Of a stretch of 64,000 bases of DNA, positions 1 to 51,699 are shown in pieces. Both the position numbers and the translations under genes were made by a program. The notes under the pieces were generated by a model, which ran no database searches, had not been told where the DNA came from, and saw only the letters and a program-made list of their open reading frames with translations. The DNA is from Eledone cirrhosa (taxonomy: Eukaryota), in the NCBI GenBank assembly GCA_964016885.1, contig OZ024760.1, positions 7,812,001 to 7,876,000 of the forward strand, in the 5' to 3' direction. Numbering within the stretch: position 1 is the stretch's first letter; each line of letters opens with the position of its first letter.

Positions 1-248
1 TCTATATATATATATATATATCTATATATATATATCTATATATATATATATATCTATATCTATATATATATATCTATATCTATATATATATATCTATATC
101 TATATATATATATCTATATCTATATATATATATCTATATCTATATATATATATCTATATCTATATATATATATATATCTATATATATATATCTATATATA
201 TATATATATATCTATATATATATATATATCTCTATATATATATATATC
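1..248. repeat. (TA)n microsatellite with TC interruptions
   Basis: Direct reading. Confidence 0.95.
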
Positions 249-1250
249 ATCATCATCATCATCATCACCGTTTTACGTCCGTTCTTCCACGCTAGCATGG
301 GTTAGACGGGTTGTCCTGTTGTGGGCAGTGTCTGGTCGGCTGACCATGCCTTGCTCATACAGGAACTGATCTGGCTTGATTTCTACAGCTGGATGCCCTT
401 CCTAACACCAACCTCATTTACAGTGAGTGCTGGGTGCTTTTTCGTGGCGCCTACACGTCCACTTTACAGTGTGGGCTGGGTGCTTTTTTGCCGTGGCACC
501 TCCACGACCACCTTGCGGTGGGGGGGGGGGGGGGGGGCATATTGTTTATATGCTTCAGCATGTACCCATGGGAGGTCGGGTACCCTGTATTACTGCGTGA
601 CGCCAGAAGTCACGGTCGTGTGTCATTGACTTTGAGAGGTGTAGTTGGGTAAGGTCGGCTTTTATCACCTCATCCCAAGTCATCTTGGGTCTCCCCACTC
701 CGCGGTTTCCATCAACTTCTAGTGCTCTGCACCTTTTTATGCAGCTGTCATCCTTCATACGCATCACATGTCCATACCAGCGTAACCGCCTCTCCTGCAC
801 GCAGCATTTGATTCCTCTTATGCTCAGTCTCTCTCTCAATTCATTTATGCTTTGTCGTTCACGTATATTACTGTTACACATCCATCGGAGCATGCAGGCT
901 TCGTTTCTCTCTAATCTACGTAAGTCTTCCACCTTCAGCGCCCAGGTCTCACTACCATGCAACATCGCTGTTCGGATACACGCATCATACAGTCTGCCTT
1001 TCATTCTGAGGGAGAAGCCTTTTGCAGCTAGCAGTGGTAGTAGTTCCCTAAACTTCTTCCATCCCGTTCTTACCCTAGTTATTGTACTTTCTGAGCACCC
1101 ACCTCCGTTGCTAATTCGGTCACCTAGGTAGCAGAAGCTGTCTACTGTTTCTACAGGGCCCTCCCAGAGATTGGTGGTACTTGTTTCCTGTGGCTGTTTG
1201 CTTGCTGTTTCAGCACAGCTGCTGCATGTGAATCCTACATTCTTAATTAT
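249..1250 (-). mobile_element. 5'-truncated RTE-clade LINE (subfamily A): RT C-terminus, 3'UTR and (GAT)n tail
   Basis: ORF 555-1004 (MLHGSETWAL...RRLRWYGHVMRM...GRPKMTW) is a typical RTE C-terminus. (CAT)n at 249-266 is the tail on the minus strand. Confidence 0.9.
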
Positions 1251-1272
1251 GTGAATCCTACATTCTTAATTA

Positions 1273-2397
1273 ATATATATCTCTATATATATATATATAT
1301 CTCTATATATATATATATATATCTCTATATATATATATATCTCTATATATATATATATATCTATATATATATATATCTATATATATATATATCTCTATAT
1401 ATATATATATCTCTATATATATATATATCTCTATATATATATATATCTCTATATATATATATATCTCTATATATATATATATCTCTATATATATATATAT
1501 CTCTATATATATATATATATCTATATATATATATATCTATATATATATATATCTATATATATATATATATCATGTAGATAAATCTACCAAGAGTTTACGG
1601 TAGTGTCCAATCCGTATGAAGAACTCAATGTATTCCGGATATCATGGAAAGAAGAGATCTAACACATATATATCCTAGAAACGATCGTTAAATAATGAAC
1701 TTTTTTTGTTTAATATAAGGAACTGTTTCATTGTTTTATTCATTATTTGTTTAATATTTTATATATATATATCTATATATATATATATCTATATATATAT
1801 ATATCTCTATATATATCTATATATATATATATCTATATATATATATATCTATATATATATATATATCTATATATATATATATATCTATATATATATATAT
1901 ATCTATATATATATATATCTATATATATATATATCTATATATATATATATATCTATATATATATATATCTATATATATATATATCTATATATATATATAT
2001 CTATATATATATATATCTATATATATATATATCTATATATATATATATCTATATATATATATATCTATATATATATATATCTATATATATATATATATAT
2101 ATATATCTATATATATATATATATATATATCTATATATATATATATATATATATCTATATATATATATATATATATATCTCTCTATATATATATATATAT
2201 CTATATATATATATATATCTATATATATATATATCTATATATATATATATATCTATATATATATATATCTCTATATATATATATATCTATATATATATAT
2301 ATATATATCTATATATATATATATATATCTCTATATATATATATATATATCTCTATATATATATATATATATATCTCTATATATATATATATACATA

Positions 2398-2432
<35 letters not shown>

Positions 2433-2569
2433 CTATATATATATATATATATATCTATATATATATATATATATCTCTATATATATATATATATATATCT
2501 CTATATATATATATATATATATATCTCTATATATATATATATATATATCTCTATATATATATATATATA

Positions 2570-2608
<39 letters not shown>

Positions 2609-2770
2609 ATATATATATATATATATCTCTCTATATATATATATATATATCTCTATATATATATATCTCTCTATATATATATATATATCTATATATATAT
2701 ATATATCTATATATATCTATATATATATATCTATATATATCTATATATATATCTATATATATATATATAA
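1273..2770. repeat. Compound (TA)n/(TATC) microsatellite tracts, interrupted at about 1570-1760
   Basis: Direct reading. Source of the YIYI artefact ORFs. Confidence 0.95.
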
Positions 2771-3026
2771 TATATTCATTAAAATACGTTGCCAAACACT
2801 TATTCACATCAAAATTTGATTTACAAATGTTTCATCCTCTTAGGACTTATCAAAATCAATCATTTTATAAATAATTACCTCAACACGTTCATCCTTTCGA
2901 ATGCATAAAAACACAGAGAATTTTTGTTTACATTTTACAAAACACCATTAGTCAGCAACAAAGGATAATATAACTTTTTCACCTACACCTTTCCAGTTTT
3001 TATATTTGAAGTTCTTTATATGTATA

Positions 3027-3059
<33 letters not shown>

Positions 3060-3068
3060 CTACCTATC

Positions 3069-3440
3069 TAGGGCGGCTAAAATTCCCGAGATCCATGGAC
3101 GAGTTCTGTCCAGCGGTCTCTGTCCCTCATTATCGCTGCCATGTCCTGCGTCTCCAACAGACCAGTGTCTGTCCTTAGGGCATCAATATACGTTAACTCT
3201 GGTCTTCCTCTGCCAGTGTGTCCATGTAGGGGCTCCCACAGGACCACTCAGTGCGGTGTCAACTCTGGATGTCGGTGAGCATGTTCAGCTAACCTCAGTC
3301 TCCTCTGTGTCACTTTTGAGCTGACTTTTGGGATGCTCCCATACAGCTCTGAGTTTTTCATCCTCAGTGTATACTGATTAATGTTCAGAGCCATCCTCAG
3401 CATTCTCGTGTAGCACCCATCCACCATCTGAGTGAGTTTC
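3069..3440 (-). mobile_element. RTE-X/RTE-like LINE 3' fragment
   Basis: Near-identical to 61066-61400, which encodes QRRLRLAGHAHRHPE...GRPRLTYVDAL. Flanked by TA on both sides. Confidence 0.8.
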
Positions 3441-3459
3441 TTATATATATATAAGTTTA

Positions 3460-3655
3460 TCCTGGGTTCAATTGGGCGTAACCACAGTAAGTAAGGTACT
3501 CAATACATAGCAGAGTAATAAATATTTAATATAGAAATGGCTTCTACAGGACTAGAACTGTTTCATTCGGGAGAAATCATCAGGGCTTCCTGATTATTTC
3601 TTCTGACTGAAACAGTTCTAGTCCTGTAGAAGCCATTTCTATATTAAATATTTAT
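3460..3655. mobile_element. Penelope-type pLTR remnant (family A) in inverted arrangement, with hammerhead motifs on both strands
   Basis: Inverted repeat 3518-3655. The plus arm reads GGCTTC-CTGATTA-..-GAAACAG-TTCTAGTC-CTGTA-GAAGCC. The minus arm has an intact CTGATGA. Confidence 0.7.
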
Positions 3656-3805
3656 GTATATATATTTAATATAGCGTGGAAGATAGACGTTAAATGACGA
3701 TGATGATATATATTTATATACAGCGAAATCTTCTATTTCTAGTTTCAAACTCACAACTGTTTCAAAGCATACTTACCTGTCATTATTTCTTTTTTGTTAT
3801 TTCAG

Positions 3806-3851
3806 TGGTCTGGTGTTCAAGTTCGGCCGTACAGAAGACTTGTGGGGCTAA
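3806..3851 (+). CDS. TMEM50: Terminal coding exon of transmembrane protein 50 (Vps68 family)
   Basis: Polypyrimidine tract + ttcag acceptor. Translates (x)GLVFKFGRTEDLWG*, matching the TMEM50A C-terminus as I recall it (GLVFKFGRTEDLWQ). Upstream exons are not in the window. Confidence 0.85.
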
Positions 3852-4626
3852 TATATGAGGGGACACGTGCACTAAAATGCAAGGTCCCTACTTTTCTCTC
3901 CCATTTTCATTACATCTCCTACTCTCACCTCTTCTCTCTCCAGTCTTTCAATATGGAAGAATCTGAAATTTAAATTATTTGATGACGAATCTGATTATAT
4001 TATATTATATATTTATATTTTTTTTCTTTGCAATTATGTCTGCCATTTATCACAAAACAAAACAAAACAAAAACTCCCCCACAAAAAAATGCTTTTCTAA
4101 ATTATATACAGAACCACCTCATATTAAATTGCTTTTGTTTGCTGACCCACCATCATACCCCATACCTTCTGCTCTGGCTCTCCCTCCCTTACTGCCCCTC
4201 ACCGCTTACCATCCCTACTTCTCTTTCCCTCACCGCCCCTGCTCACTGAAGAACCTGTCACCAGTATCATTCCTATTGTCATGCTGATCCCCCCCCCCCC
4301 CCCACCCACCCAGCCAGCCAACCACCCTAACATATTAAATCAACTATCATGTCTTTATGCTTATGATAATTCACAAATGTATAATAATTGTGATAATAAT
4401 ATTGTATTTGTATATATATATATATGTGTGTGTGGTTGACAGCTGAAGAGAAGAGTACTCAATACCGAAGTAGAGTTTAAATATTCATTTTATTGAGGCT
4501 AAATAGTGAGTCGTGTTACTCTGGAGTTTCTCCTGTTTATCACAGGGTCATTTGTTACCGGAGGGGGGTGGGGAGTCCTTACCCTTTCTTATTTTTATCA
4601 TTAATCAATAATTTATATATATATAC

Positions 4627-4662
<36 letters not shown>

Positions 4663-5221
4663 GTTAAGTATTTCCGTAGATATTTCAGACGTTTCTGCTA
4701 GAATTCTGTAACTTCATGAAACCTTGGATAATGGAATAATTATATTAAGTATATTACATAATTAATTAAAAAATATATATATATATTTTTTTTGTTATGA
4801 CCATGCTGTAAAATGGAGGGGTAGAGAGGGCCCAGGAGTCCAGTAAGATATCCTCTCTTGTGCTGGTGGCATGAAGAAAAGCACCCAGTCCATGCTGTAA
4901 AATGGCGCTGGTGTTAGGAAGGGCATCCAACCAGTGCATCAATGCCAAAACAATTATGAGAGTAGCAACATATAGGAACAACAACAAAAAAAAATATATA
5001 TGTATATAGCATTGAGCATGTTTCGCTTCGGCTAAAGGCATCTAACATATATCATAGCCCCTTCTCCTCTATTCTTATGATATATGACTCTTATTTTGAT
5101 ATATATATATAACAATAATAATAATAATAGTGAGGAGAAAAATCAAAGTTGCAGCTGCGATTAGCATTCTTCTAGGGCTGGCATATATATATATATATAT
5201 ATGTGTATATATATATATATA

Positions 5222-5252
<31 letters not shown>

Positions 5253-5396
5253 GTGTATATATATATATATGTGTGTATATATATGAAAACGGAGAAAAAG
5301 ATGATTATTAGGAAGAAAAATATATTTTCTTCCCTTTTTATTTCTTTTTCTCTTTTTTCTGGGTTAGAAAATGATTAAAACGAAATATGATATGTA

Positions 5397-5427
<31 letters not shown>

Positions 5428-5623
5428 CATCATCGTTGAATGTTCATCTTCCACACTAGCATGGGTTAGACGGGTTTGTGCAACTCGGGGCAAGATTGGT
5501 CAGGTGACCGTGACTCACTCGTATAGAACTGTTTCCGGCAGGCTTTCTACAGGTGGATGCCAACCACATTTAGTGTGGACTCGGAGCCTTTTTACCATGT
5601 CTCCTACACTTGCTACAGTTAGG

Positions 5624-5774
5624 TATATTTGAAAAAAAGGAAAAGAATGACTTCACTTGTAGTTGGTATTCTATAACAATTTAATTTTATAATTAGCAAA
5701 ATTATGAAATTATAAAATTAAATTGTTATAGAATACCAACAAGTGAAGTTATTCTTTTCCTTTTTTTAAATATA
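5624..5774. repeat. Fold-back inverted repeat, arms about 70 bp
   Basis: aaaaaaaggaaaagaatgacttcacttgt...ttataatt pairs with aattataa...acaagtgaagttattcttttcctttttt. Confidence 0.85.
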
Positions 5775-5919
5775 TATATATATAATCATCATCATCATCA
5801 TCATCATCATTTAACGTCTATCTTCCACGCTAGCATGGCTTAGATGGGAATTATCTCACTTGAAGCAAGATTGATCTGGTGACTTAGTCTCCTTCATATA
5901 TATAGTGTTTATTATTTCT

Positions 5920-6490
5920 AGGCAGTATCGCTAGAGAGTCGGATGCCATGCTTTGCAGCACAGTTACGTCCCTTTACGGACTGAGTTCAAATCCCGCCGA
6001 GGTTAACTTTGCCTTTCATCCTTACGGGGTCGATAAAATAAAGTACCAGTAATACACTGGGATAATTGCTGGCCTTGTGCCAAAAGTAGAAACAATTATT
6101 TCTAGAATTGCTATGTAAAACATTTGTTAACCTCCCACTTTCTACACAAAAATAATCAAAATTAAAAGTTGTATTTATTATCTTTGGAGTGTTGAATAAT
6201 ATGCCATTGTGGTATTTGTTCTGGCTCTGTTCTGACTTCAAATCCCACCGAGGTCAACTTTGTTTTACATCCTTCCAGATTAACTGAAATAAAGTTCCAG
6301 CCACGTACTGGGTCGATATAATCGACTTTACTCCACTTCTTTACGATCTGAGTTCAAATCCTGCCGAGGTTAGCTTTGCCTTTCATCCTTACAAAGCTTA
6401 ATAAAATAAAACACCAGTAATGCACTGGGGTCGTTATAATCGACTTTCCCCTCCCCTTAGATTGTTAGCCTTGTGACGAAATAAAAAAAA
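5920..6490 (+). mobile_element. Cluster of tRNA-derived SINE copies (family S1)
   Basis: ggcagtatcg..gagttcaaatcccgccgaggttaactttgcctttcatccttacggggtcgataaaataaagtaccag, with B-box GTTCAAATCC. More than 15 copies in the window. Confidence 0.85.
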
Positions 6491-6649
6491 CATTATTATT
6501 ATTGTTGTTGACTTGTGGTATTTAGTTTCATTGCTGTATGTATTCAAGTCACACCGTGGTAGACTTTGCCTTTCTGGGTTGATGAAGGAAGTACCAGTCA
6601 TGTAATAGGGTTAATTTAGCTTTTAACATCTTGTACTACATGAAACCTC

Positions 6650-7047
6650 ATTCTTTAATAGTACAAAAGAGCACTGTGATTGCATCACATTAAAATTAAA
6701 GTCTTTACATTAGTTTACAGTAAATTTTCACAACAATCTGTCCACCAGTAAAGATACTGTAAACATTGGAATTAAAAAACCACATGAAACCACATTCTTG
6801 AAAAATACAAAACAGCACCAAGACTGCATCACTTTAGTTAACTGCAAATTTTCACAATAATCTGAGCACTGGTAAAGATATTTTAAACATCTGAATTAAC
6901 AAACCACATTAGCAAGATATTCTTGAAAAGTACAAAACAACACTATGACTGCATCATATTAAATATAAGTCTTTACTCTAATGCTGCAAAGTTCCACAAT
7001 AATCTGTCCACTAGTAAAGATACTATAAACATTTGAATTAACAAACC
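6650..7047. repeat. Degenerate tandem repeat, 3 units of about 125-145 bp
   Basis: Recurrent attcttgaaaagtacaaaac..ctgcatca..aatctgtccactagtaaagatact..gaattaacaaacc. Confidence 0.75.
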
Positions 7048-7732
7048 TGATTTTTAAAAAAGATATTTTCTCCTAAATCATTACAGGATATTAAGAGTTA
7101 ATTGGCTTCCTCTCCCTCCCAGGTTGCTGGCCTTGTGCTTAAATTAGAAACGCAAAGAGTTGTCAGAAAGCGGTGGAGCACCAAACTAAACTAAATGCTT
7201 TTACCATGGTTCATTTCTATCTGTTCTTGTTTTGATTCTAATTAAATCCAGGGTTAGATAAGTAAGGATACAGGGTATATAAAAAAGAATCATCCGATTT
7301 CAAAGGGTAGATTTCTCTTTACATAAACAACCAGTCTCTTGAAACTATTTGTGCCAACATCGAATGTTCTGAGCAGTAAGAGGTGCCATACTGTTTAGTA
7401 CAAAACCAAGTTGCACAATTTTTGTTGCTGGGTTGACTTCTTGAAATTGACTGAAAGGCATGTATGTAAAAGTTATAAAAATAGAAAAAAATCTTTATAT
7501 TCAGACATGTATTCTACAAGTTAGCGCATGATTATAAGGTTGTTTGTTTCAAAAATATAGTCTTTTGAAATCGGATGATTCTTTTTCATACAGCCTGTAT
7601 TTATTGCTATGACTCCCTTCTGGTAATTAGCCAGTATGAAGTCTTTGTGTGGTTGCTCAACCTGCTAGAAATGGCACCTAAATCTTCCTCAATGCCTCTA
7701 TTGTCTTTTGTAGTCTGGGGTACATTATGTGA

Positions 7733-7870
7733 AGGCACGTAGCCTAGTGGTAAGGGTGTTAGACTCATGATCATAATGTGGGTTCTATTCTTGGACTGAG
7801 TTGTGTTCTTGAGCAAAATATTTCATTTCATGTTGCTCCAGTATGTTCAGCTGAAAATGAGTACCAGCAG
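7733..7870 (+). mobile_element. tRNA-derived SINE (family S2), degenerate
   Basis: ggcacgtagcctagtggtaaggg..cttgagcaa..tttcatgttgctccagt. Related to 50626-50770. Confidence 0.65.
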
Positions 7871-7947
7871 TGAACTGATGTTCTGTCCATGGGGTGAGTC
7901 TTGTCCTCTCAGTCACTTAATGCCAATAAGCACCGGCCTGATGAACC

Positions 7948-8190
7948 TACTGGGATGGTGGGATATAGTGAGATATTGTTAGGACTAGAATACTGGGATG
8001 GTGGGATATAGTGAGGTATTGTTAGGACTAGAATACTGGGATGGTGGGATATCGTGAGATATTGTTAGGACTAGAATACTGGGATGGTGGGATATAGTGA
8101 GATATTGTTAGGACTAGAATACTGGGATGGTGGGATATAGTCAGATATTGTTCATACTGGAATACCAGGATTGTGGGATATATTGTTGAT
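7948..8190. repeat. 43-bp minisatellite, about 5.5 copies
   Basis: Unit tactgggatggtgggatatagtgagatattgttaggactagaa. Confidence 0.9.
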
Positions 8191-9164
8191 ACTAGGATTT
8201 CAGGTTCAGTGTTACTCAATGGCAATAGACATAGTGAGCTCCTTGTGGGTGTGAGGGTGTATGGGGAGGTGTAGGCTCTGTTTATCACCATGTTTCAGTT
8301 GTTTCTGTTATATCACAAAGCCATCAATATGAATATATCCTCCCATTTGTTTTTCTCTGTATTAAAAAAAAAAAAAATAGAATATCAGGCCACCAATATT
8401 AGCTGTGGTCAAATCAATAGGTTGGTCTCAGGTTCTGGACAAAGGTCCTATCTAGACAGATTACACTTTGGTCTCCACCCTCTCCTCCATATCACAAGAT
8501 ATCAGTTATATATGCTACGTGTAAGTCTTAACTGTATTCTCCTCATCTCCAGATATGGACAGTAACAGAGAGATACACCATTTTTAAAAATATTTATTTT
8601 TTTTTATAAGATTTCTTTCCGTGTAAATAAATTTGACAAAAAAATGTTTTGTTTTTTTTCATTTTTTTTATCTTTTTCAAGTTCTTTCAACATCATCACC
8701 GTTTTACGTCCATTCTTCCATGCATGGGTTAGACGAGTTGTCCTGTTGTGGGCAATGCCAGGTCAGATGACCGTGTCTTGCTTGTTGTAATTTCTAGATA
8801 TTTACATTGGAATAATGCACTACCATTTATATTTTCAAGTCCTTTCATAATTTTAATCCTTTAGCATTTACATTACTCTATAATTACTATTGTATTTTCA
8901 TCATAAAGGCTTTATCTTACATAATTATCTCACATAATATCGAATCTATGAGATTTTGATGTTATTTATGTTGAGATCAATACCTTAACATCAGTATAAG
9001 CGACTAGTTACAGCTGGTTTAAATACTTCTATCAGTTTTCTTCTTTGTCTTCTTTCCACTAAAGTTGTTATTTCTAGATGTTTATATAGGAATGTTCTAA
9101 CACACACACACACACATTGCGTGCATAGGCAGGCATTGTAGTTTTAGATCACACACGCATATAA

Positions 9165-9520
9165 TAATAATAATGAAATTATTGTGTACAGTGCTCAGGT
9201 GCACTACAACTCATCAAAGGTGCATGTATAGTACATAGAATAATAAAGTGTCAGGAAAATGAACAGTGTATGAGTCATGATATAATAACAATAACAATAA
9301 TGAAATATTGTGTACAGTGCCCAGGTGCACCACAACTCATCAAAAAAGTGCATGTACAGTACATAGGGCAATGCACAAACATCAGTAAAATGAACAGTGC
9401 ATGAGTCATGATACACACATGTGTGCATGTGTATGGAAGGGGTACATCAGGTGTAGTTTTGGCATATTTCGGGAAGCATGAGTGTCTTAAAGGATGCAGT
9501 GTCTCGGCAGCTAACAATAG
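9165..9520 (-). mobile_element. LINE (CR1-like) 3' end with a tandemly duplicated terminal module
   Basis: The module aataatgaaattattgtgtacagtgctcaggtgcactacaactcatcaaa occurs twice. The same end occurs in the opposite orientation at about 46235-46310 with an (ATT)n tail. Confidence 0.55.
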
Positions 9521-10119
9521 AAATGAGGTATGACATATTTAAAGTTACAGAGCATTACTGGAAACAGTGTTGTAGGTTCAAATTTGACATACGTTCACAC
9601 ACATATATGAAGTTAACAGAGGTAATTGTAGTTTCAGATCACATATATATAAATAAGGTATGACATGATTGAAGTTAAGTTGTAGGAGGTTCAAATCTTA
9701 CATGGAAGTACACCCTAGATATATTTTATTGAAGCCCTGAAATGAAAGACGAGGTCGACCCATTGATTTACTAACGAGGTGGAGAAACCATGAACACAAC
9801 CACATCAATTTTTTCCCCTCCATTTTCAAAGTAGGTTTATAAATATTATATATATACATTTATACAAAACAAAGATTACCAGGTAATTTACTTTTCGTTA
9901 CCTCATCTTAGTCCATTTCTATCTCTTTCAATGTTATATATTATATACAATGCTTCAAACAAACAACATTTTATTATATATGTATATATATATATATATA
10001 TATATTCCTTCAGGTGAAACTCTTGTGGCATCCAACAACATCAGAGACTTGGGAGTAATTGTGGACAACAACATAAGCTGGGCCACTCATATAAGTTGAC
10101 ATGGCCTGCAGAATGGGTT

Positions 10120-10612
10120 CCTGGATTCAGAACCTTCCATTCGAGAGATATCCACACTATTATCCTTCTCTTCTCCACTTTTGCCTGACCCCACCTTGAA
10201 TACTGTTGTCCACTGTGGTCTCCCCACATGAAACAAAGTATCATGAAAATTGAAGCTCCTCAAAGGTCAATCACGAAAAAGTTAGATAGCATGTCAAACC
10301 TTGACTATTGGGGTCGACTAGAAAAGCTCAAACTTTATTCTCTCCAACGTCGCTGTGAGCACTATATCATCTGCATGATGTGGAAAATATTCCATCAGCA
10401 TTGCCCAAATGATGTTGGCATCACCTTTAAGGTACACCCAAGGCTTAAGCCCCATGCTATCCGCCCACAACAAAAAACACACTTGCATCTCATAACAACA
10501 ATATGGCACAACTACTTCACCTCAATTGGCCCTGCTCTCTTTACATTACACCTAATCACATTAAAACAGAAACAGACCCCATAAAGTTCAAGAAGTCTTT
10601 GGAAAAATTCCT
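10120..10612 (+). mobile_element. CR1-clade LINE RT C-terminal fragment, degraded
   Basis: PHLEYCCPLWSPH..KIEAPQRSITKK..YWGRLEKLKLYSLQRR. Confidence 0.8.
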
Positions 10613-10799
10613 ACACTGTTGTTGAAGGGGGCACACACACACATATATATATATACATATACATACACACTCATATATATATATATTTTTTTATATAAAC
10701 ATGGGAAAGAAAGAAAATAAACCACCACATCCATCAAAGTGGGGAATAAAATGACATTATAAAAATTTATTAGAAATAAATACTAAACTAGAATTATCG

Positions 10800-48970
<38,171 letters not shown>

Positions 48971-49084
48971 CTTTCTTTGGGTGTTCGTTAATTATTTAAA
49001 AAAAAATTACAGACGTAATTAATAAATTTTAAAACATTCGATAATTCTTCAGCTGCTCAGTGTAAACACATGTTGCATGGAATG

Positions 49085-49140
49085 ATGATGAATTGGCGGT
49101 TTTAATTGGGCAAGCATTCTAGATTTTAACCAATAGAAAT
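49085..49140 (-). promoter_or_regulatory. Putative CTU1 proximal promoter, cluster of CCAAT boxes
   Basis: ATTGG twice (about 49092 and 49105) and CCAAT (about 49130), 120-160 nt upstream of the ATG. Confidence 0.4.
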
Positions 49141-50625
49141 AAAGTTTACATCTAGCCATCAGCGGTGTTACATATGAAGTTTCCCCTTTTGTAAAGGATA
49201 CCGAGTTTTAGGAATTTTAATTCAGATTGTAAGAAGGAACGATGTTACAATCAGAATTGTTTCTGATGTAGTAACAATGCCCACAAACAACTTGGGGGAA
49301 GGGGAAAGTCTATCAAATCGACTCCAGTGCATTATTAGTACTTTATTTTATGATCTCGTAAGGATGAAAAACGAAACTAACCTCAACGGAATTTGAAATC
49401 AGAAGGTAAGGGGACATAACTCTTGCAGTATCGGTAGAACGTCGGACGTTTTGCAGTATAGAGTTACGTCCCTTTGGATTCTGAGTTCAAAACCCCTCGA
49501 ATTTAGCTTTACCTTTCATTCTTACGGAGTCGATAAAATAAAGTGCCAGTAATGCACTGGTGTCGATTTAATTGACTTTCCCCTCCCTAAAACTGTTGGT
49601 CTTGTGCAAATCAGAAACAATTATTATAGAGGGTACTAGAGTGGTGGATTGATAATAAAAAAAAAATTGTTGACCTTGTGCCTATGTTAGAAACACGAGC
49701 AATGAATTGGTAGAGGGGGTAGAGTGTCGGACAAAATCTTTGCGCTGTTCAGTTACGACTTTCTATGTTCTGAGTTGAAATCCCGCTGAGGTCAAGTTAG
49801 CGACATTGAGTTACCGCCCTTTATTTTCCGAGAATCAGCTTTCGCCTTTATTTATTTGATTCTGTGGGAAGTAGTGTCATTAGGGGCGCAAAAATGTCGA
49901 GGGTAGAGCTTCGTGCATTCATTGCACATGCGTAGGCGTTTGGCGAGCTCGCTAAACATGCCAGTCATTGTCAGGCAGCCAGAGTGAGAAGTGCAACACT
50001 ATTCGTATGTATGGGCTCGTAACTCCTGATGGACTCATAGGGGCACTACATCGACATACAGCGTTTCCAGGGCATTTAAAAAAAAATCTGGTGGAGTATA
50101 TTTCCTCTCTAGGTCTGAATACAGCAGATTTATCCCAGAGAATAATAGAGAGTGAGAAAAAATGGAAGTGAGAAAGCGATATAGAGGAAGAATCGACACC
50201 AGTACTTGACTGGTACTTTTTTTTATCAACTTCAAAAGGGTGAAAGGACAAGCTGACCTCGGCGGGATTTGAAATCAAAGAGAGCAGAGAGACTGGAACG
50301 AATACTGCAAAGCATTCTATCAGACGTTCTAACAACTCTGCCAATTCGTCGCATTTTTCATTTCGCCCGACACTGCCAACAACGGCACTAATGCAATATG
50401 AGATAACTGGAGAGGAAACGTGGGTATACCAAAACTCTATCAGACATGCATTAATTTCAACTCTCCTTATTAATAACTACATTGTTTCAGTCCATGAAAG
50501 TGTCTTGGTCATAGGCTGACTATGAAGGAGTAATGTTAGAGCTGTGAAATTTTGCATGCATTAATTTCAACTATTTTTATTAATAACTGCAGTTTCTTTC
50601 CAGGGAGTATTCCGTTATATATATG

Positions 50626-50970
50626 GAGGCACATGGCTTAGTGGTTAGAGCATTGGCCTTGCAATCGAAAGGTTGTGAGTTCAATTCTCAGACCGGGTGA
50701 TGTGTTGTTTCCTTGAGCAAGACACTTTATTTCACATTGCTCCAGTTTACTCAGCTGTAGAAATGAGATGATAGGAACTGGGGTCCATATTCTACTGCAA
50801 AGTGGTCGTGGAGGTGCCACGGCAAAAAAGCACCCAGCACTCACTGTAAATGAGGTTGGTGTTAGGAAGAGCATCCAGCTGTAGAAATCAAGCCAGCATC
50901 AATTCCCGTCCCACCCTTGCAAGCAGGGAAAAAGCGGACGTAAAATGAAGATGATGATGATGATGATGAT
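50626..50970 (+). mobile_element. S2 tRNA-derived SINE head joined to an RTE-A-like 3' tail
   Basis: A-box tggcttagtgg and B-box gttcaattc, then gtggtcgtggaggtgccacgg..(GAT)n. Confidence 0.7.
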
Positions 50971-50980
50971 ATATATATAT

Positions 50981-51118
50981 AAGGCCACATACAACACACA
51001 AGCAGGTAATACACACATCTAGGACCATATGCAACACACAAACAGGTAATACACACATCTAGGACCACATATAACATAAAAGCAGGTAATACACATATCT
51101 AGGACCACATAGAACAAA
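50981..51118. repeat. 40-bp tandem repeat x3.5
   Basis: aggaccacatataacacacaagcaggtaatacacacatct. Confidence 0.8.
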
Positions 51119-51196
51119 AGGCAGGCGAAAGGAGTGGACAAACGAGCCGCTACCAGAGCCAACGATAACAATTTAGCGAGGAGCACTGGGAAATCT

Positions 51197-51382
51197 CTAA
51201 TATTTTTTGAGGCACCCCAGCACACTCGCAGCGTTACCTCGAGTGATGCGCTGGAACAACCAAGCGGCCTCACGAACATCACTAGTTACCTCTGTTAGGC
51301 GAGCCACCAATGAAGATAAGAACCTCGCAGTTAGTAGCTAGGCCTCCCCAAACGCCTCGAACGTCACAGGCTGGAAAATATA
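51197..51382 (-). mobile_element. CRE-clade non-LTR retrotransposon C-terminal fragment (restriction-like endonuclease end)
   Basis: YIFQPVTFEAFGEA*LLTARFLSSLVARLTEVTSDVREAAWLFQRITRGNAASVLGCL, which fits the FxPxxxExxG...FQR...RGNAAS motif. Confidence 0.7.
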
Positions 51383-51699
51383 CAATAGTACAAAATACAT
51401 GTGCTTGAAATGTGTACTATTTATTTTGTCAACGAAAACAATGAACAAAAATATCACTTGATCCACATGACGGAAGAGCCGAACTCTCACTGTCATCGCC
51501 TCCACCTCTCTCACCTCCCCCATCTCTCTGTATTATGAGCAAATGGGGTCCTACGTGTTGCGGACAAAATGGAGAAGACTTGGCCGACAGATGACGTAAT
51601 CCGCTAACAATTGAAGTATCATGAGATTGTCGTATCGTCTTATTTGCTATTGGTGATGGTGGGTTTTAATTCTCAAATCAGATAACAATTGTATCATGT

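Noticed and set aside
1227-1272. 23-bp direct repeat at the RTE 5' junction as a TSD
   Set aside because: Both copies are on the same side of the element, so it is a local tandem duplication.
51197-51372. Candidate upstream CTU1 exon after the ttttccag acceptor-like site
   Set aside because: Better explained as a CRE retrotransposon fragment, and CTU1 already has a good ATG at 48970.
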